A stretch of 64,000 bases of DNA, taken from positions 14,092 through 78,091 of the forward strand of contig CAYVZI010000003.1 in the NCBI GenBank assembly GCA_964456475.1, read 5' to 3'. The notes below the pieces were generated by a model. That model was not told the origin of the DNA and searched no databases. It was given only the letters and a program-made list of their open reading frames with translations. The DNA comes from an uncultured Candidatus Saccharibacteria bacterium. GTDB taxonomy: Bacteria > Patescibacteriota > Minisyncoccia > Phycocordibacterales > UBA9973. Below, in pieces: positions 8,083 to 17,696 of this stretch. Position numbers and translations under genes: made by a program. The number at the start of each line of letters is the position of its first letter. Within the stretch, counting starts at the first letter, position 1.

Positions 8083-9900
8083 ATGGAAAAATACAAACAA
8101 AACCTATTAGAAAAACTTCATACGCATATTTCCCATATGCAAGAGAAGATTCTTGAAAGCATGGATAGTGTTCGTGGAATGGCGACGAAGAGTTTGAAAG
8201 AAATCGGCTCGATGCAACCGGCAGATCAATTGGTGTATATGCAACTTAAAGCCTACGCCGTGGATCGAATGGAGCAATTAGAGAGGTTGCATGGAAGTCC
8301 GTACTTTACGGAGTGTGAGGTTGTGGATGATGTAACAGGCGAAATAAAGAAATATTTTTTTGCTAAGCATCAATTTGTAGAAGAGTCACTCTACTCGTGG
8401 GTTTCGCCGATTGCTTCGATTCGATTTGAAACACCAGGGCCGATCGAATATACAAATCCAAACGGCGACACAAAAAAGATGACAATCGTCCGTAAGGAAC
8501 AATATATGATTGTCGATGGCAAAGTTCTCTTCTTTACCGAAGAAGAACAAAACAAAGCACGCAATCTTATCTATCAAGAACATTTTACAAAGCAAAAATC
8601 AGAATTCATCCTGCCGGAAATTGTCGCTCAGATGGAAAAGGCGCAAGACACGGTTATTCGCGCTGGTTACAAATATCCACTCGTTATTTCTGGCCCTGCT
8701 GGTTCAGGGAAGACAACTCTTGCGCTTCACCGTGTGGCATATCTCACGCAAGCACCGGACACTGCTTCGCTCTATACCACTGACTCTATCATTGTGCTTG
8801 TGCAAGATTCTGGAACCCGAGATTACTTCTCACACTTGCTTCCCGGTCTTGGTATACACGGAGTTTCGATTGGGACGTTTTCTGAGTGGGCAATGACCGT
8901 GCTTGGTCTGGAAGGGTATACATATGTGAGTCGATACGGAAACACTGAGGAAGAGAAAGACTTGTATGAATATCAAAAATTGCAGACGCTCCGAGAAGGG
9001 AAGTGTATCTACAGTAGCGACCCATCCACAACACTCGCTCGTGGATACAAGAAATATTTTTCAAAAAATAGTGTTGCAATTTTTGACCAGCAGAAAAAAG
9101 AGAAGGTTCTCGACCGATTTGATTTAACTATTTTGCTGCACGCACATCTAGAAAAATTCGGAAAGTTTGAAATAGTGCGGGAATACAATTCTATTGTGAA
9201 GGGGGTAATGAAAAAGAAGATTCAAAAAAGAGACGTAGTGTATTCTCTGGCAATTATTGATGAATTTCAAAACTACCTTCCTGAACAACTTTCAATTCTC
9301 AAACAATGCGTGAGCGACAAAACAGAATCAATATTGTATGTGGGTGATATGGGACAACAGGTGTATCTTGGTACTATCAAAAACTGGAGCGATATGGCTG
9401 AGTCAATCAAGCCCGAGCGAAACATCCGTCTCGACAAGGTGTATCGAAACACAAGAAACATTCTCGAGTATATTCAATCACTTGGATATAAAGTAGGAAT
9501 TCCCGAAGGAATAAAACAAGGTCCGGAAGTCGTAGAAAAAATATGCGAGAATGCAATCTCTGAAATAGCTCATATCAAAAATCATATTGAGAAATATAAA
9601 GAGGGAAGTATTGGTGTGATTGCAAAAAATTCCGAATATCTTGAACTGTTTCGAAAAGAATTTGGTGAACACAAAAACATCCACCTACTCACCATGCAAG
9701 AATCGCAAGGGGTCGAATTTGACCTTGTGTGTATTGTTGGGGTTAACGACGAAACATTTAAGGTCGCTGAATATGCCGGAGTATCACCGACTCATATCGA
9801 AGAGCGAAAGCGAATCCAAAAAGATTTGCTCTATGTGGCGCTTACCCGAGCAATTACTGAGTTGCATGTACTCGGAAAAGAAAAACCAATCCTCCCTTAA
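8083..9900 (+). CDS. HelD-like SF1 (UvrD family) ATPase
   Basis: [52 protein letters not shown]. Confidence 0.8.
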   Translation: MEKYKQNLLEKLHTHISHMQEKILESMDSVRGMATKSLKEIGSMQPADQLVYMQLKAYAVDRMEQLERLHGSPYFTECEVVDDVTGEIKKYFFAKHQFVEESLYSWVSPIASIRFETPGPIEYTNPNGDTKKMTIVRKEQYMIVDGKVLFFTEEEQNKARNLIYQEHFTKQKSEFILPEIVAQMEKAQDTVIRAGYKYPLVISGPAGSGKTTLALHRVAYLTQAPDTASLYTTDSIIVLVQDSGTRDYFSHLLPGLGIHGVSIGTFSEWAMTVLGLEGYTYVSRYGNTEEEKDLYEYQKLQTLREGKCIYSSDPSTTLARGYKKYFSKNSVAIFDQQKKEKVLDRFDLTILLHAHLEKFGKFEIVREYNSIVKGVMKKKIQKRDVVYSLAIIDEFQNYLPEQLSILKQCVSDKTESILYVGDMGQQVYLGTIKNWSDMAESIKPERNIRLDKVYRNTRNILEYIQSLGYKVGIPEGIKQGPEVVEKICENAISEIAHIKNHIEKYKEGSIGVIAKNSEYLELFRKEFGEHKNIHLLTMQESQGVEFDLVCIVGVNDETFKVAEYAGVSPTHIEERKRIQKDLLYVALTRAITELHVLGKEKPILP

Positions 9901-9916
9901 CCGGGTTAAGGGAGGA

Positions 9917-10750
9917 TTAGTTTTTAGAAGAATAGAAATGCTTTTTGAATTTCGCATGCCATTTTGTCGAATCCTTTTTTGAACGAATGATGGTGATTTT
10001 TGTTGAGTCTTTACGATTACAGATTTTTTCGAGTTCGAGTTTGTTTTCGTGAGTAATTTTCGCGTATTTTTTGAAAAACAGATCTATGTCTTCGCCGAAT
10101 CGTTTGCTCGTAGATACTTTGAAAGTATAATCACCGACCACGTTGATATATTCTGTTTTTCCTAATCCATAATTGATACCTGTGCCGATTTGTCGGTATT
10201 TGTCACTATATATTTTTTTGAATTCAGTATCGAGAGGGGAAGTGCTTCCGAGTGCAAAGAACACAGGTTTTTTGTCGTCTTTGAAGCGACTGAGGAAAAA
10301 GAGTTCCGATTCAGTTCGTGCATGAATGAGCCACTCGTGTGGGTGAAAAACGAGAATAGGAATTTTTGCATCATGACGATTGAATATTGGATTGTAGGCA
10401 TGCGTCCAGAATATTCCCATCAAAATCGGGTTCTTGAATTTATAGGTAATTTTGTCCCCATCTTCTAGTGAGAAGATTTCGTGAGTACTCTCACTCGGAT
10501 CAATATATTTTTTACTGAAACGATACACTTTCTGAAGCCATTGTCGATTCAGCGTGTACACTTTTTTCTGTTTGGTTATGACTTCTTCTTCGATAAGCCT
10601 GCGGAGAATACGATAAAACGTCTCCTTTGAAATTGAGGAGTCTTTTTTTATAAGCTCGGAAAGCAGGGTAGGGCCTTCGACTTCACTAGAATGTAAAAGT
10701 TCCACAATATATTCCTCTATTTTCTTATCTCCATTTTGCGCGAGAAGCAT
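9917..10750 (-). CDS. Putative winged-helix transcription regulator A (paralog of 12385-13206)
   Basis: wHTH-like ISKETFYRILRRLIEEEVI; full-length similarity to regulator B; start set by alignment of the MLL N-termini. Confidence 0.7.
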   Translation of the reverse strand: MLLAQNGDKKIEEYIVELLHSSEVEGPTLLSELIKKDSSISKETFYRILRRLIEEEVITKQKKVYTLNRQWLQKVYRFSKKYIDPSESTHEIFSLEDGDKITYKFKNPILMGIFWTHAYNPIFNRHDAKIPILVFHPHEWLIHARTESELFFLSRFKDDKKPVFFALGSTSPLDTEFKKIYSDKYRQIGTGINYGLGKTEYINVVGDYTFKVSTSKRFGEDIDLFFKKYAKITHENKLELEKICNRKDSTKITIIRSKKDSTKWHAKFKKHFYSSKN

Positions 10751-10769
10751 ATGTATAAGTATATCAAAA

Positions 10770-10788
10770 AGTGTCAAAAAATGACACT
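10770..10788. promoter_or_regulatory. Palindromic operator candidate
   Basis: agtgtca-aaaaa-tgacact in the divergent intergenic region. Confidence 0.55.
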
Positions 10789-10876
10789 AATATATCAAAA
10801 AACAACATAATGTAGATTATGTCAAATAATGCCTATATGCTGATGAAAATCATTTTTCACAAATAAAAAATCGCAT

Positions 10877-11524
10877 ATGGAAATCAAAGAATATTCCCAG
10901 GTTGGCATGGATGCTGTATCTGAAAGACAAACGATCATCATTGGAATGAGCGTGAACAACAGTTATTTTAACGAAAGTAATATCGAGAAACTTCTTCTTT
11001 GGGCGAGAGAGAAAACCGATTCAGTATTTGTAATGATTCCAGATAAGCCAGCCGTTGCTACATTCTTGTCGTTAGGGTATTCAAACGAGGAGTCAGAACG
11101 AAAAGCTCGACTGAAATCAAATAATCTTGAAAACAAATGTAGGGTGATTATAAAACGACATGATATTCAAGGAATTACAATCATTCGCTGGAATGATGTT
11201 GTTGGGTCTCTTCGGTACGTTGAATCAATTAGAGATATAAAGTATTCGTATGATGACGATATGGAATTTAAAGAAAAACTCCGTTTAACTACAAAAGGTG
11301 TCTTGTCTTACGCCGGCAAAACCGAAATAACAGACAGTGTCATTGATTACGGAGTACTCTTTTTATTGCAAGAGTTGGCATTTATTGCAAGATCAACACT
11401 GATTTTGAAAAAAGAAAAAGTTGCTTACGTATATCATCAAACAATGGAAGTACTCAAAAATATATTTGAAAATAAGTATCAATTTGCAGCTGATCCGAAT
11501 GTCGGGTTTGTAACAGTAGGATAA
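10877..11524 (+). CDS. tRNA-dependent cyclodipeptide synthase (NYH-type)
   Basis: IIIGMSVNNSYF (S25, N28), IPD, LGY..ERKAR, W105, FLLQELAF (E166), YVYH (Y186, H187); 215 aa. Confidence 0.85.
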   Translation: MEIKEYSQVGMDAVSERQTIIIGMSVNNSYFNESNIEKLLLWAREKTDSVFVMIPDKPAVATFLSLGYSNEESERKARLKSNNLENKCRVIIKRHDIQGITIIRWNDVVGSLRYVESIRDIKYSYDDDMEFKEKLRLTTKGVLSYAGKTEITDSVIDYGVLFLLQELAFIARSTLILKKEKVAYVYHQTMEVLKNIFENKYQFAADPNVGFVTVG

Positions 11525-11534
11525 TTTAAAAAAT

Positions 11535-11560
11535 AAAAACCACCGCAAGGGTGGTTTTTT
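11535..11560. terminator. Bidirectional terminator between CDPS and methyltransferase
   Basis: aaaaaccacc-gcaag-ggtggttttt. Confidence 0.85.
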
Positions 11561-11574
11561 AATTGTGAACGTAA

Positions 11575-12255
11575 TTATTTTTTCTGCGCGGTTATGATGA
11601 GATACGTCGGATAATTCCATTCGCCAATTCTTTCTGCAGCAGGGAATTCGGCGGCTTCGCGAATCGAACATACGGTAAAATGAGAAAGAAAGTAGTCACT
11701 CAGATATTCAGCCATCGTATGCGATGGTTCTTGAACAGTAATTTCTCGGTTGAAGATTTCTGAGTGCACAATTTCCTTCTTGAAGTAATCGGCTTGCGGA
11801 TTTTTCTTCTCAATGAATTGACGGAATGGGTGAACGACAAGGAATACGAAGTGGCCGCCTTTGCGAATAATGCGTACAACTTCGCGATAGATAGGTTCAA
11901 TGTGTTCGGCGGTTTGCATTGCCCATTTTGATATCACCAGATCAACCTCGTTTGGCTTGAGAAGTGTCTTTGAAAAGTCCCCATGGATTATGCGAGCGTG
12001 AGAGTTTTTCCGAGCAAGTGCAACCATATCAGAAGAACTGTCTATTCCCATACATTTGTGTCCAAGTGAATGAAGGTGGGATATCATGTCTCCTGGTCCG
12101 CAGCCGAGGTCGATCGCATGCCTCTCTTTTTTACCGAGAATGAGTCCAATTGCTCTTTTAAAGTCGTCGACAGATGAACGATTCATTTCTCCAAGACTAT
12201 TTGCAAACGTTTCAGCGATTCCGTCGGTGTATTGCTGTGCGAGATTCTTTTTCAT
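11575..12255 (-). CDS. Class I SAM-dependent methyltransferase (small-molecule type)
   Basis: IDLGCGPG, GIDSSSDMV, HPF, HTMAEYL. Confidence 0.9.
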   Translation of the reverse strand: MKKNLAQQYTDGIAETFANSLGEMNRSSVDDFKRAIGLILGKKERHAIDLGCGPGDMISHLHSLGHKCMGIDSSSDMVALARKNSHARIIHGDFSKTLLKPNEVDLVISKWAMQTAEHIEPIYREVVRIIRKGGHFVFLVVHPFRQFIEKKNPQADYFKKEIVHSEIFNREITVQEPSHTMAEYLSDYFLSHFTVCSIREAAEFPAAERIGEWNYPTYLIITAQKK

Positions 12256-12345
12256 TTTTTTTGTTTTTAAGTAAACAATGATATTTCACCGAGTATGATA
12301 GGGGATATTTGACAAATTGTCAGAAATATTGCATTTAACTATGTT

Positions 12346-12368
12346 ACAGTAAACTTTAAGTTTACTGT
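12346..12368. promoter_or_regulatory. Palindromic operator candidate
   Basis: acagtaaactt-t-aagtttactgt just upstream of TGgTATACT. Confidence 0.6.
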
Positions 12369-12384
12369 TTGGTATACTCTATTT

Positions 12385-13206
12385 ATGCTCTTGAGCTCAA
12401 AACCAAAGATAAATGAAATGATCGTTTCAATCCTGTCCGAAGGGCCAATTGATAGTTTGGCCTTGCTCGAGCGAGTGCAGAAAAAGATGCCAGTGACAAA
12501 GCAGGCGTTCTATAAGGCCCTTCGAGAGCTTTTGTCTGAAGAGGTGGTAACGAAGAATAAGCAGACGATAATTCTCAGTGGTATATGGCTCAATAAATTG
12601 AAAGGATTTGTGGATGGCGTCGAATCAAACTATCTTGCCGAGTCTTCAAAGCAATTCCTCTCACTTGCTGAAGGGGATACGATGATATTTCGCTTCAAAT
12701 CGATTCTAGACCTTGATCTACTTTGGGTGCATTATTTTTATATGCTTGCAAAGAACATTGATGCACCTGTGCTCTTTTATAATCCGCACGAATTCTGGTC
12801 GTTGTTCCGTTCTGATATTCAAAAACAATTGTATATTTGGATTCAGTCAAACAAGAAAAAAGTCTACCAAGTGATTGGAGGTAATACACCGCTCGATACT
12901 TCAACAACAAATTTGAACAAAAAATACGGCCTTGAAATGGCGTATGAAAATGTGGCAAGCCTTCCAAAACATACAAGTATCACAGTGATTGAAGATTATG
13001 TATTTTATACCGTACTCGACAAAAGTACGGCCCTTGAAATTGATCAGCTGTATAAAAAATATACGACTTGGAAGCCGGAGGTTGAAGCTGAGTTGCAAGC
13101 TATTATTGCTCGCATCAAAAAATCAAAGGTAATAATCGAGCGTAATCACAAAAAAGCCGAGAAATTCCGTAAAAAACTCATGAATCATTTCATTTTTTAT
13201 AAATAA
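12385..13206 (+). CDS. Putative winged-helix transcription regulator B
   Basis: VTKQAFYKALRELLSEEVV; shares PHE and TPLD/SPLD motifs with regulator A. Confidence 0.7.
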   Translation: MLLSSKPKINEMIVSILSEGPIDSLALLERVQKKMPVTKQAFYKALRELLSEEVVTKNKQTIILSGIWLNKLKGFVDGVESNYLAESSKQFLSLAEGDTMIFRFKSILDLDLLWVHYFYMLAKNIDAPVLFYNPHEFWSLFRSDIQKQLYIWIQSNKKKVYQVIGGNTPLDTSTTNLNKKYGLEMAYENVASLPKHTSITVIEDYVFYTVLDKSTALEIDQLYKKYTTWKPEVEAELQAIIARIKKSKVIIERNHKKAEKFRKKLMNHFIFYK

Positions 13207-13595
13207 TGACAAAAAGTACCACTTTGGTGGTGCTTTTTATGTCTTACGGGCAAAATCATTAAAAATGTAAGAGTAAAAACTCTTTACAAAAAATTGTAAT
13301 GCTCGTTGAATGCGATAATTAAGTATTACAGTGTAATGCTCAAAAAGTATCGATGAAAAACGGTATAAAAAATGAGTTATCCACCGTTGCGGGAGTGTGA
13401 ATCGGGGATGTATACTATGCAAACAGTTTTAGATTTGTGCATCGAAAATGATATACACTTGTGCAAAATGTGCTCGGGTAACAGTTTTTTGGTGCATAAG
13501 TCACTCATTATAAGTTGGAAACGGGCAAGGTTGCATTCGTCACTTACATTTTTATTGATAAGTGTATTTTGTAGCCCCGGTAAGTGGTTAACATT

Positions 13596-14147
13596 ATGAA
13601 AAAAAGTAATTGGTTTGTCTATACGCTCGGATTTGTCGCTTGTTTTTTGGTGCGTCTCATTCCTTTTCGAGCACCAAACATAGAACCAATACTTTCTGCT
13701 CAGATGCCATTTTCGCGTTCCTATGGAGCCCTTGCTGGCTTCTTTTTTGGCTTTGCGAGTATCGTCCTTTTTGATCTTGTAACCAATCATGTTGGTGTTT
13801 GGACGCTTGTTACGGCTTTTGCATACGGATTTTTGGGTGTTGGCGCTACTCTTTATTTCAAGAATAAGGGAAATAGTGCAAAAACCTATGTATCTTTTGC
13901 AATCGTGGCGACAATTGCCTACGACGCAGTCACTGGACTTACTGTTGGACCACTCTTCTTTCATCAACCAGTCACCGTTGCGCTTGCCGGTCAAATACCA
14001 TTCACAATTCTTCATCTTGTAGGAAATATTTCGTTTGCTTACTTCATTAGTCCAGCTCTGTATCGAATGATTGAGTATTATCAAAAACCCAAACCTGTAG
14101 AAAGTGCCTCACTTATTACCAACAACCCTCTTACTAACCTCTCATAA
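13596..14147 (+). CDS. ECF transporter S-component, probably cobalamin-specific (CbrT-like)
   Basis: About 5-6 TM, RLIPFRAPNIEPI motif, first gene of the nrdJ-pduO cluster. Confidence 0.65.
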   Translation: MKKSNWFVYTLGFVACFLVRLIPFRAPNIEPILSAQMPFSRSYGALAGFFFGFASIVLFDLVTNHVGVWTLVTAFAYGFLGVGATLYFKNKGNSAKTYVSFAIVATIAYDAVTGLTVGPLFFHQPVTVALAGQIPFTILHLVGNISFAYFISPALYRMIEYYQKPKPVESASLITNNPLTNLS

Positions 14148-14152
14148 ATCTT

Positions 14153-16486
14153 ATGGCAACAAAAAAAACAAAAAACCCAGTCACTAAAAAGACTTCTGTA
14201 TCAAAAAAGGTGACTGTTGCAAAAAAAGGTTCATCTGAAAAAGTTTCATTAATCCAGAAGCGTGATGGTAATGTGGTTCCATTTTCGATTGAACGAGTTG
14301 AGCGAGCAGTACTGAAAGCTTTTGGGGCAACAGGAGAGGGGGGAGAGTCTGAAGCAAAAAAAGTCGCTGAGTCCGTATTGCATATTCTTGCTCATCAAAA
14401 ACAAGAATCAGGAAAGGGGTATGTACCACATGTTGAGCGCGTACAAGACTTTGTTGAGCAAGCACTCATCACACTCAAATTTCCAGTTACCGCAAAGGCA
14501 TACATCTTGTATCGTGAAGAACGCACTCAGAAGCGTAAGGCTGGAGTCTTTGTTCCAGAAAAAGTAAAAGAACTCGTAGCGGCTAGTAAAAAATATTTCC
14601 GTAACCCGCTCGCCGAGCTTGTGTACTACCGCTCATATTCAAACTGGATGAGTGAGGAAGGACGTCGCGAAACCTGGATCGAAACAGTCGACCGCTACAT
14701 GTCATTTATGAAAGAGAACCTCGGTTCAAAACTTTCATCAAGTGAATATGCCGAAGTTCGCGAAGCAATCCTCAATCACGAAGCACTTCCTTCAATGCGC
14801 CTTTTGCAATTTTCTGGCAAGGCTGCACACCGCACAAATGTGTGTGCATACAACTGTTCATTCATCGCCCCACAATCATTCCAAGATTTTGCTGAGATTA
14901 TGTATATCTCAATGTGTGGAACAGGAGTAGGATGGTCTGTTGAGAGTCGCAATATTCAAGCACTTCCTCAGGTCAAAATGCAGACAGGTAAAAAACTGCC
15001 AACCCACTACATCGTAGACAGTAAGGAAGGCTGGGCAGACGCATTTTCTCTTGGTATGAAGACTTGGTATGAAGGAAACGATATTGAATTCGATTTTTCT
15101 CTACTTCGACCAGCTGGTGCACGTCTCAAGACTATGGGTGGAAAGAGTTCTGGTCCGGCACCACTTCAGTCACTTCTTGAATTTACTCGTGAGCGTATTC
15201 TTCGCCGACAAGGACGTCACCTTACAAACCTCGATGCACACGACGTTATCTGTAAAATCGGAGACTGTGTTGTAGCTGGAGGAGTGCGTCGCAGTGCGAT
15301 GATTTCACTCTCTGATCTTGATGATGAAGCAATTCGTGATTCGAAGAAAGGACAGTTTTATCTCAACGAAGGACAGCGTATGCTTGCCAACAACTCTGCT
15401 GTATATGAATCAAAGCCTGAGACCGAAGAATTTTTGGACGAATGGGTTGCGCTTGTAAAATCAAAGTCAGGCGAGCGCGGAATCTTCAATCGTGGGGGTC
15501 TCGCAAAGACATTGCCAAAGCGCCGTCTCGATCAATTCAAAGGTGGTATCTATCCAGCATGGGGAACAAATCCATGCGGAGAAATTATCTTGCAATCAAA
15601 GCAATTCTGTAATCTTTCAGAAGTGGTAGCACGTGCTGAAGATACAGAAGAGACCTTGCTCAAGAAGATTCGTATTGCAACAATCCTTGGAACATATCAG
15701 TCAACGCTCACGTTCTTCCCATACCTTTCAAAAGAATGGAAAAAGAATTGTGAAAAGGAGCGCTTGCTCGGAGTTTCGATTACTGGTCAATGGGATAGTT
15801 CTACTGCTCGAAAAGGCGATGTACTCAAGCGCTTGAAGGATGAAGCAGTTAAGATCAACAAAAAATACGCAGAGAAATTCGGTATCACACAATCTACTTG
15901 TATCACCTGTGTGAAGCCATCAGGAACTGCATCTCAGACCGTGGACTGTTCAAGTGGAATGCATCCTCGTCATGCTCCGTATTACATCCGACGTGTTCGC
16001 ATTTCGGCAACAGATGCACTTTTCAAAATGCTTCGCGATCAAGGCGTGCCGTATTATCCAGAAGTCGGACAGACAATGGAAAATGCATCGACCTTCGTTC
16101 TTGAATTCCCAGTCAAGGCTCCAGACGGTGCAATCTGTAAAGATGATGTTGATGCAATCACTCAACTCGAACACTGGAAGGTGGTGAAGGTAAACTATAC
16201 CGAACACAATCCATCAGTAACTGTTTCTGTGGGAGATGATGAATGGCTCAAGGTGGGTAACTGGGTGTATGAAAACTGGGATATTGTTGGAGGACTTTCG
16301 TTCTTGCCTCGCAGTAACCACGTCTATCGACTCGCTCCGTACGAAGCAATCACCAAAGAAAAATACGAAGAACTTCTTAAGCAAGTAAGTCACATCGACT
16401 TCTCAAAGATTGTTACGTACGAGAAAGACGACGAGACTGAGATTAAGAAGGAATTAGCCTGCGTAGCAGGCGTCTGCGAAGTATAA
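14153..16486 (+). CDS. nrdJ: Class II adenosylcobalamin-dependent ribonucleotide reductase with N-terminal ATP-cone
   Basis: IQKRDG cone, PSMR, YNCSF, GGVRRSA, TNPCGEI, CVKPSGT, C-terminal CVAGVCE. Confidence 0.93.
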   Translation: MATKKTKNPVTKKTSVSKKVTVAKKGSSEKVSLIQKRDGNVVPFSIERVERAVLKAFGATGEGGESEAKKVAESVLHILAHQKQESGKGYVPHVERVQDFVEQALITLKFPVTAKAYILYREERTQKRKAGVFVPEKVKELVAASKKYFRNPLAELVYYRSYSNWMSEEGRRETWIETVDRYMSFMKENLGSKLSSSEYAEVREAILNHEALPSMRLLQFSGKAAHRTNVCAYNCSFIAPQSFQDFAEIMYISMCGTGVGWSVESRNIQALPQVKMQTGKKLPTHYIVDSKEGWADAFSLGMKTWYEGNDIEFDFSLLRPAGARLKTMGGKSSGPAPLQSLLEFTRERILRRQGRHLTNLDAHDVICKIGDCVVAGGVRRSAMISLSDLDDEAIRDSKKGQFYLNEGQRMLANNSAVYESKPETEEFLDEWVALVKSKSGERGIFNRGGLAKTLPKRRLDQFKGGIYPAWGTNPCGEIILQSKQFCNLSEVVARAEDTEETLLKKIRIATILGTYQSTLTFFPYLSKEWKKNCEKERLLGVSITGQWDSSTARKGDVLKRLKDEAVKINKKYAEKFGITQSTCITCVKPSGTASQTVDCSSGMHPRHAPYYIRRVRISATDALFKMLRDQGVPYYPEVGQTMENASTFVLEFPVKAPDGAICKDDVDAITQLEHWKVVKVNYTEHNPSVTVSVGDDEWLKVGNWVYENWDIVGGLSFLPRSNHVYRLAPYEAITKEKYEELLKQVSHIDFSKIVTYEKDDETEIKKELACVAGVCEV

Positions 16487-16612
16487 AAGATTTCTAAAAT
16501 GAGCGCGCTACTTTGTTGCCGCGCTCATTTTGTTCCCGCAATGTACCTCATGTACATCTTGGTCGCAAAATTCGCTAGCGCCTCGTATCGCATCTCATTT
16601 TAAAAACTTTTA
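16484..16612 (+). repeat. Palindromic GTAC-core element, copy 1
   Basis: Homologous to 34026-34153 and to the reverse of 61320-61445. Confidence 0.75.
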
Positions 16613-16621
16613 ATTCAAACT

Positions 16622-17179
16622 ATGCTCTACACCAGAAAAGGCGACGGAGGAACAACTAAAACATTCGGCTGCGATCAGCGAGTTTCAAAAAGCTCGGCTA
16701 TCGCTGAGGCGCTCGGCTCTCTCGACGAAATCAATTCGTTTCTTGGTCTTTTGAAGTTGAAATCAGGTGATGCTGTTTGGGAATTGCCAGAAGAGAAGTT
16801 GGCAGTCGCCGAAACAGTCAATCGCATTCAACAAGACCTCTTCATTGTGCAGGCCGAGCTCGCTGGCGCAGAGAAAACGATTGTCGAAGACAAGGTCAAA
16901 TGGCTCGAATCTATCATTGATGGTATCGAAAAGACACTTCCGCCCATCACCACATTCTTCGTCTCCGGTGGTACCGAGCTCGCCGCACTTTCTGATGTCT
17001 GTCGCACGATTGTACGCCGTGCAGAACGTCGTGTGGTCGCCGTACACGAAGAGGCGACTCGTCCAGTAGGTGAATTCACTCGTGCTTATCTCAACCGCCT
17101 CTCAAGCGTCTTTTACGCCTTTGCTCGTGAGGCAAATCATGTGGCTGGTGTTGCTGAACAATCTCCGAAATACGAATAA
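16622..17179 (+). CDS. pduO: ATP:cob(I)alamin adenosyltransferase (PduO type)
   Basis: LYTRKGDGGTT, GSLDEINSFLG, RRAERR, YLNRLSS. Confidence 0.95.
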   Translation: MLYTRKGDGGTTKTFGCDQRVSKSSAIAEALGSLDEINSFLGLLKLKSGDAVWELPEEKLAVAETVNRIQQDLFIVQAELAGAEKTIVEDKVKWLESIIDGIEKTLPPITTFFVSGGTELAALSDVCRTIVRRAERRVVAVHEEATRPVGEFTRAYLNRLSSVFYAFAREANHVAGVAEQSPKYE

Positions 17180-17189
17180 TTAGCATTGG

Positions 17190-17258
17190 GTCATTCCAAA
17201 CTTGATTTGGAATCCAGGCTTAATAGTAATGGATTCCGGATCGGAGTCCGGAATGACA
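17190..17258. repeat. Inverted pair of GTCATTCC..GGAATCC palindromic units
   Basis: gtcattccaaacttgatttggaatccagg ... atggattccggatcggagtccggaatgaca. Confidence 0.8.
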
Positions 17259-17264
17259 AAACAA

Positions 17265-17693
17265 ATGGAAATTCTTCAATTCGGAACAAAAGAGCCTGGT
17301 GTGGAATATAAAGACCGACCGGGAACATACGCGCTTATTCTTAATGAGAACGGGTTATTTTGTGCAACAGAAAATTCTTGGGGAAAATATAGTTTGCCTG
17401 GTGGAGGAACTGACGAAGGTGAAAGTGACGAGGTGGCTCTTCGTCGAGAAATTCAGGAAGAACTTATACGAGATATTGAGTTGTTCCAGTTTGTCGGTGA
17501 AGCAAAGCAATTTGTGCGCAGTAAGAAAAATGGTGATGTAAACAAACATTGTAAATACTTTATTGTCTCACTTGCGCCGGGTGAAGATGGGCAAGGGGAT
17601 GTAATCACTCGCTGGGTCAACCTCGAGCAATTCAAAGAGAAGTCATACCAGGAAGCACATGTTTGGGCACTTGAAAAATTTTTACTGAAATAA
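17265..17693 (+). CDS. NUDIX hydrolase
   Basis: LPGGGTDEGESDEVALRREIQEEL. Confidence 0.9.
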   Translation: MEILQFGTKEPGVEYKDRPGTYALILNENGLFCATENSWGKYSLPGGGTDEGESDEVALRREIQEELIRDIELFQFVGEAKQFVRSKKNGDVNKHCKYFIVSLAPGEDGQGDVITRWVNLEQFKEKSYQEAHVWALEKFLLK

Positions 17694-17696
17694 TTT

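Noticed and set aside
9888-9918. 15-1-15 palindrome as a mobile-element end
   Set aside because: It overlaps the stops of two convergent genes and has no partner at the other side of the cassette; a shared terminator is the simpler reading.
13207-13595. Second cobalamin riboswitch, NrdR box or oriC upstream of the nrdJ operon
   Set aside because: Only one imperfect DnaA-box-like ttatccacc (13378) and no convincing riboswitch or NrdR consensus.
13377-14084. 235-aa minus-strand ORF
   Set aside because: Antisense shadow of the S-component gene with no recognisable motifs.
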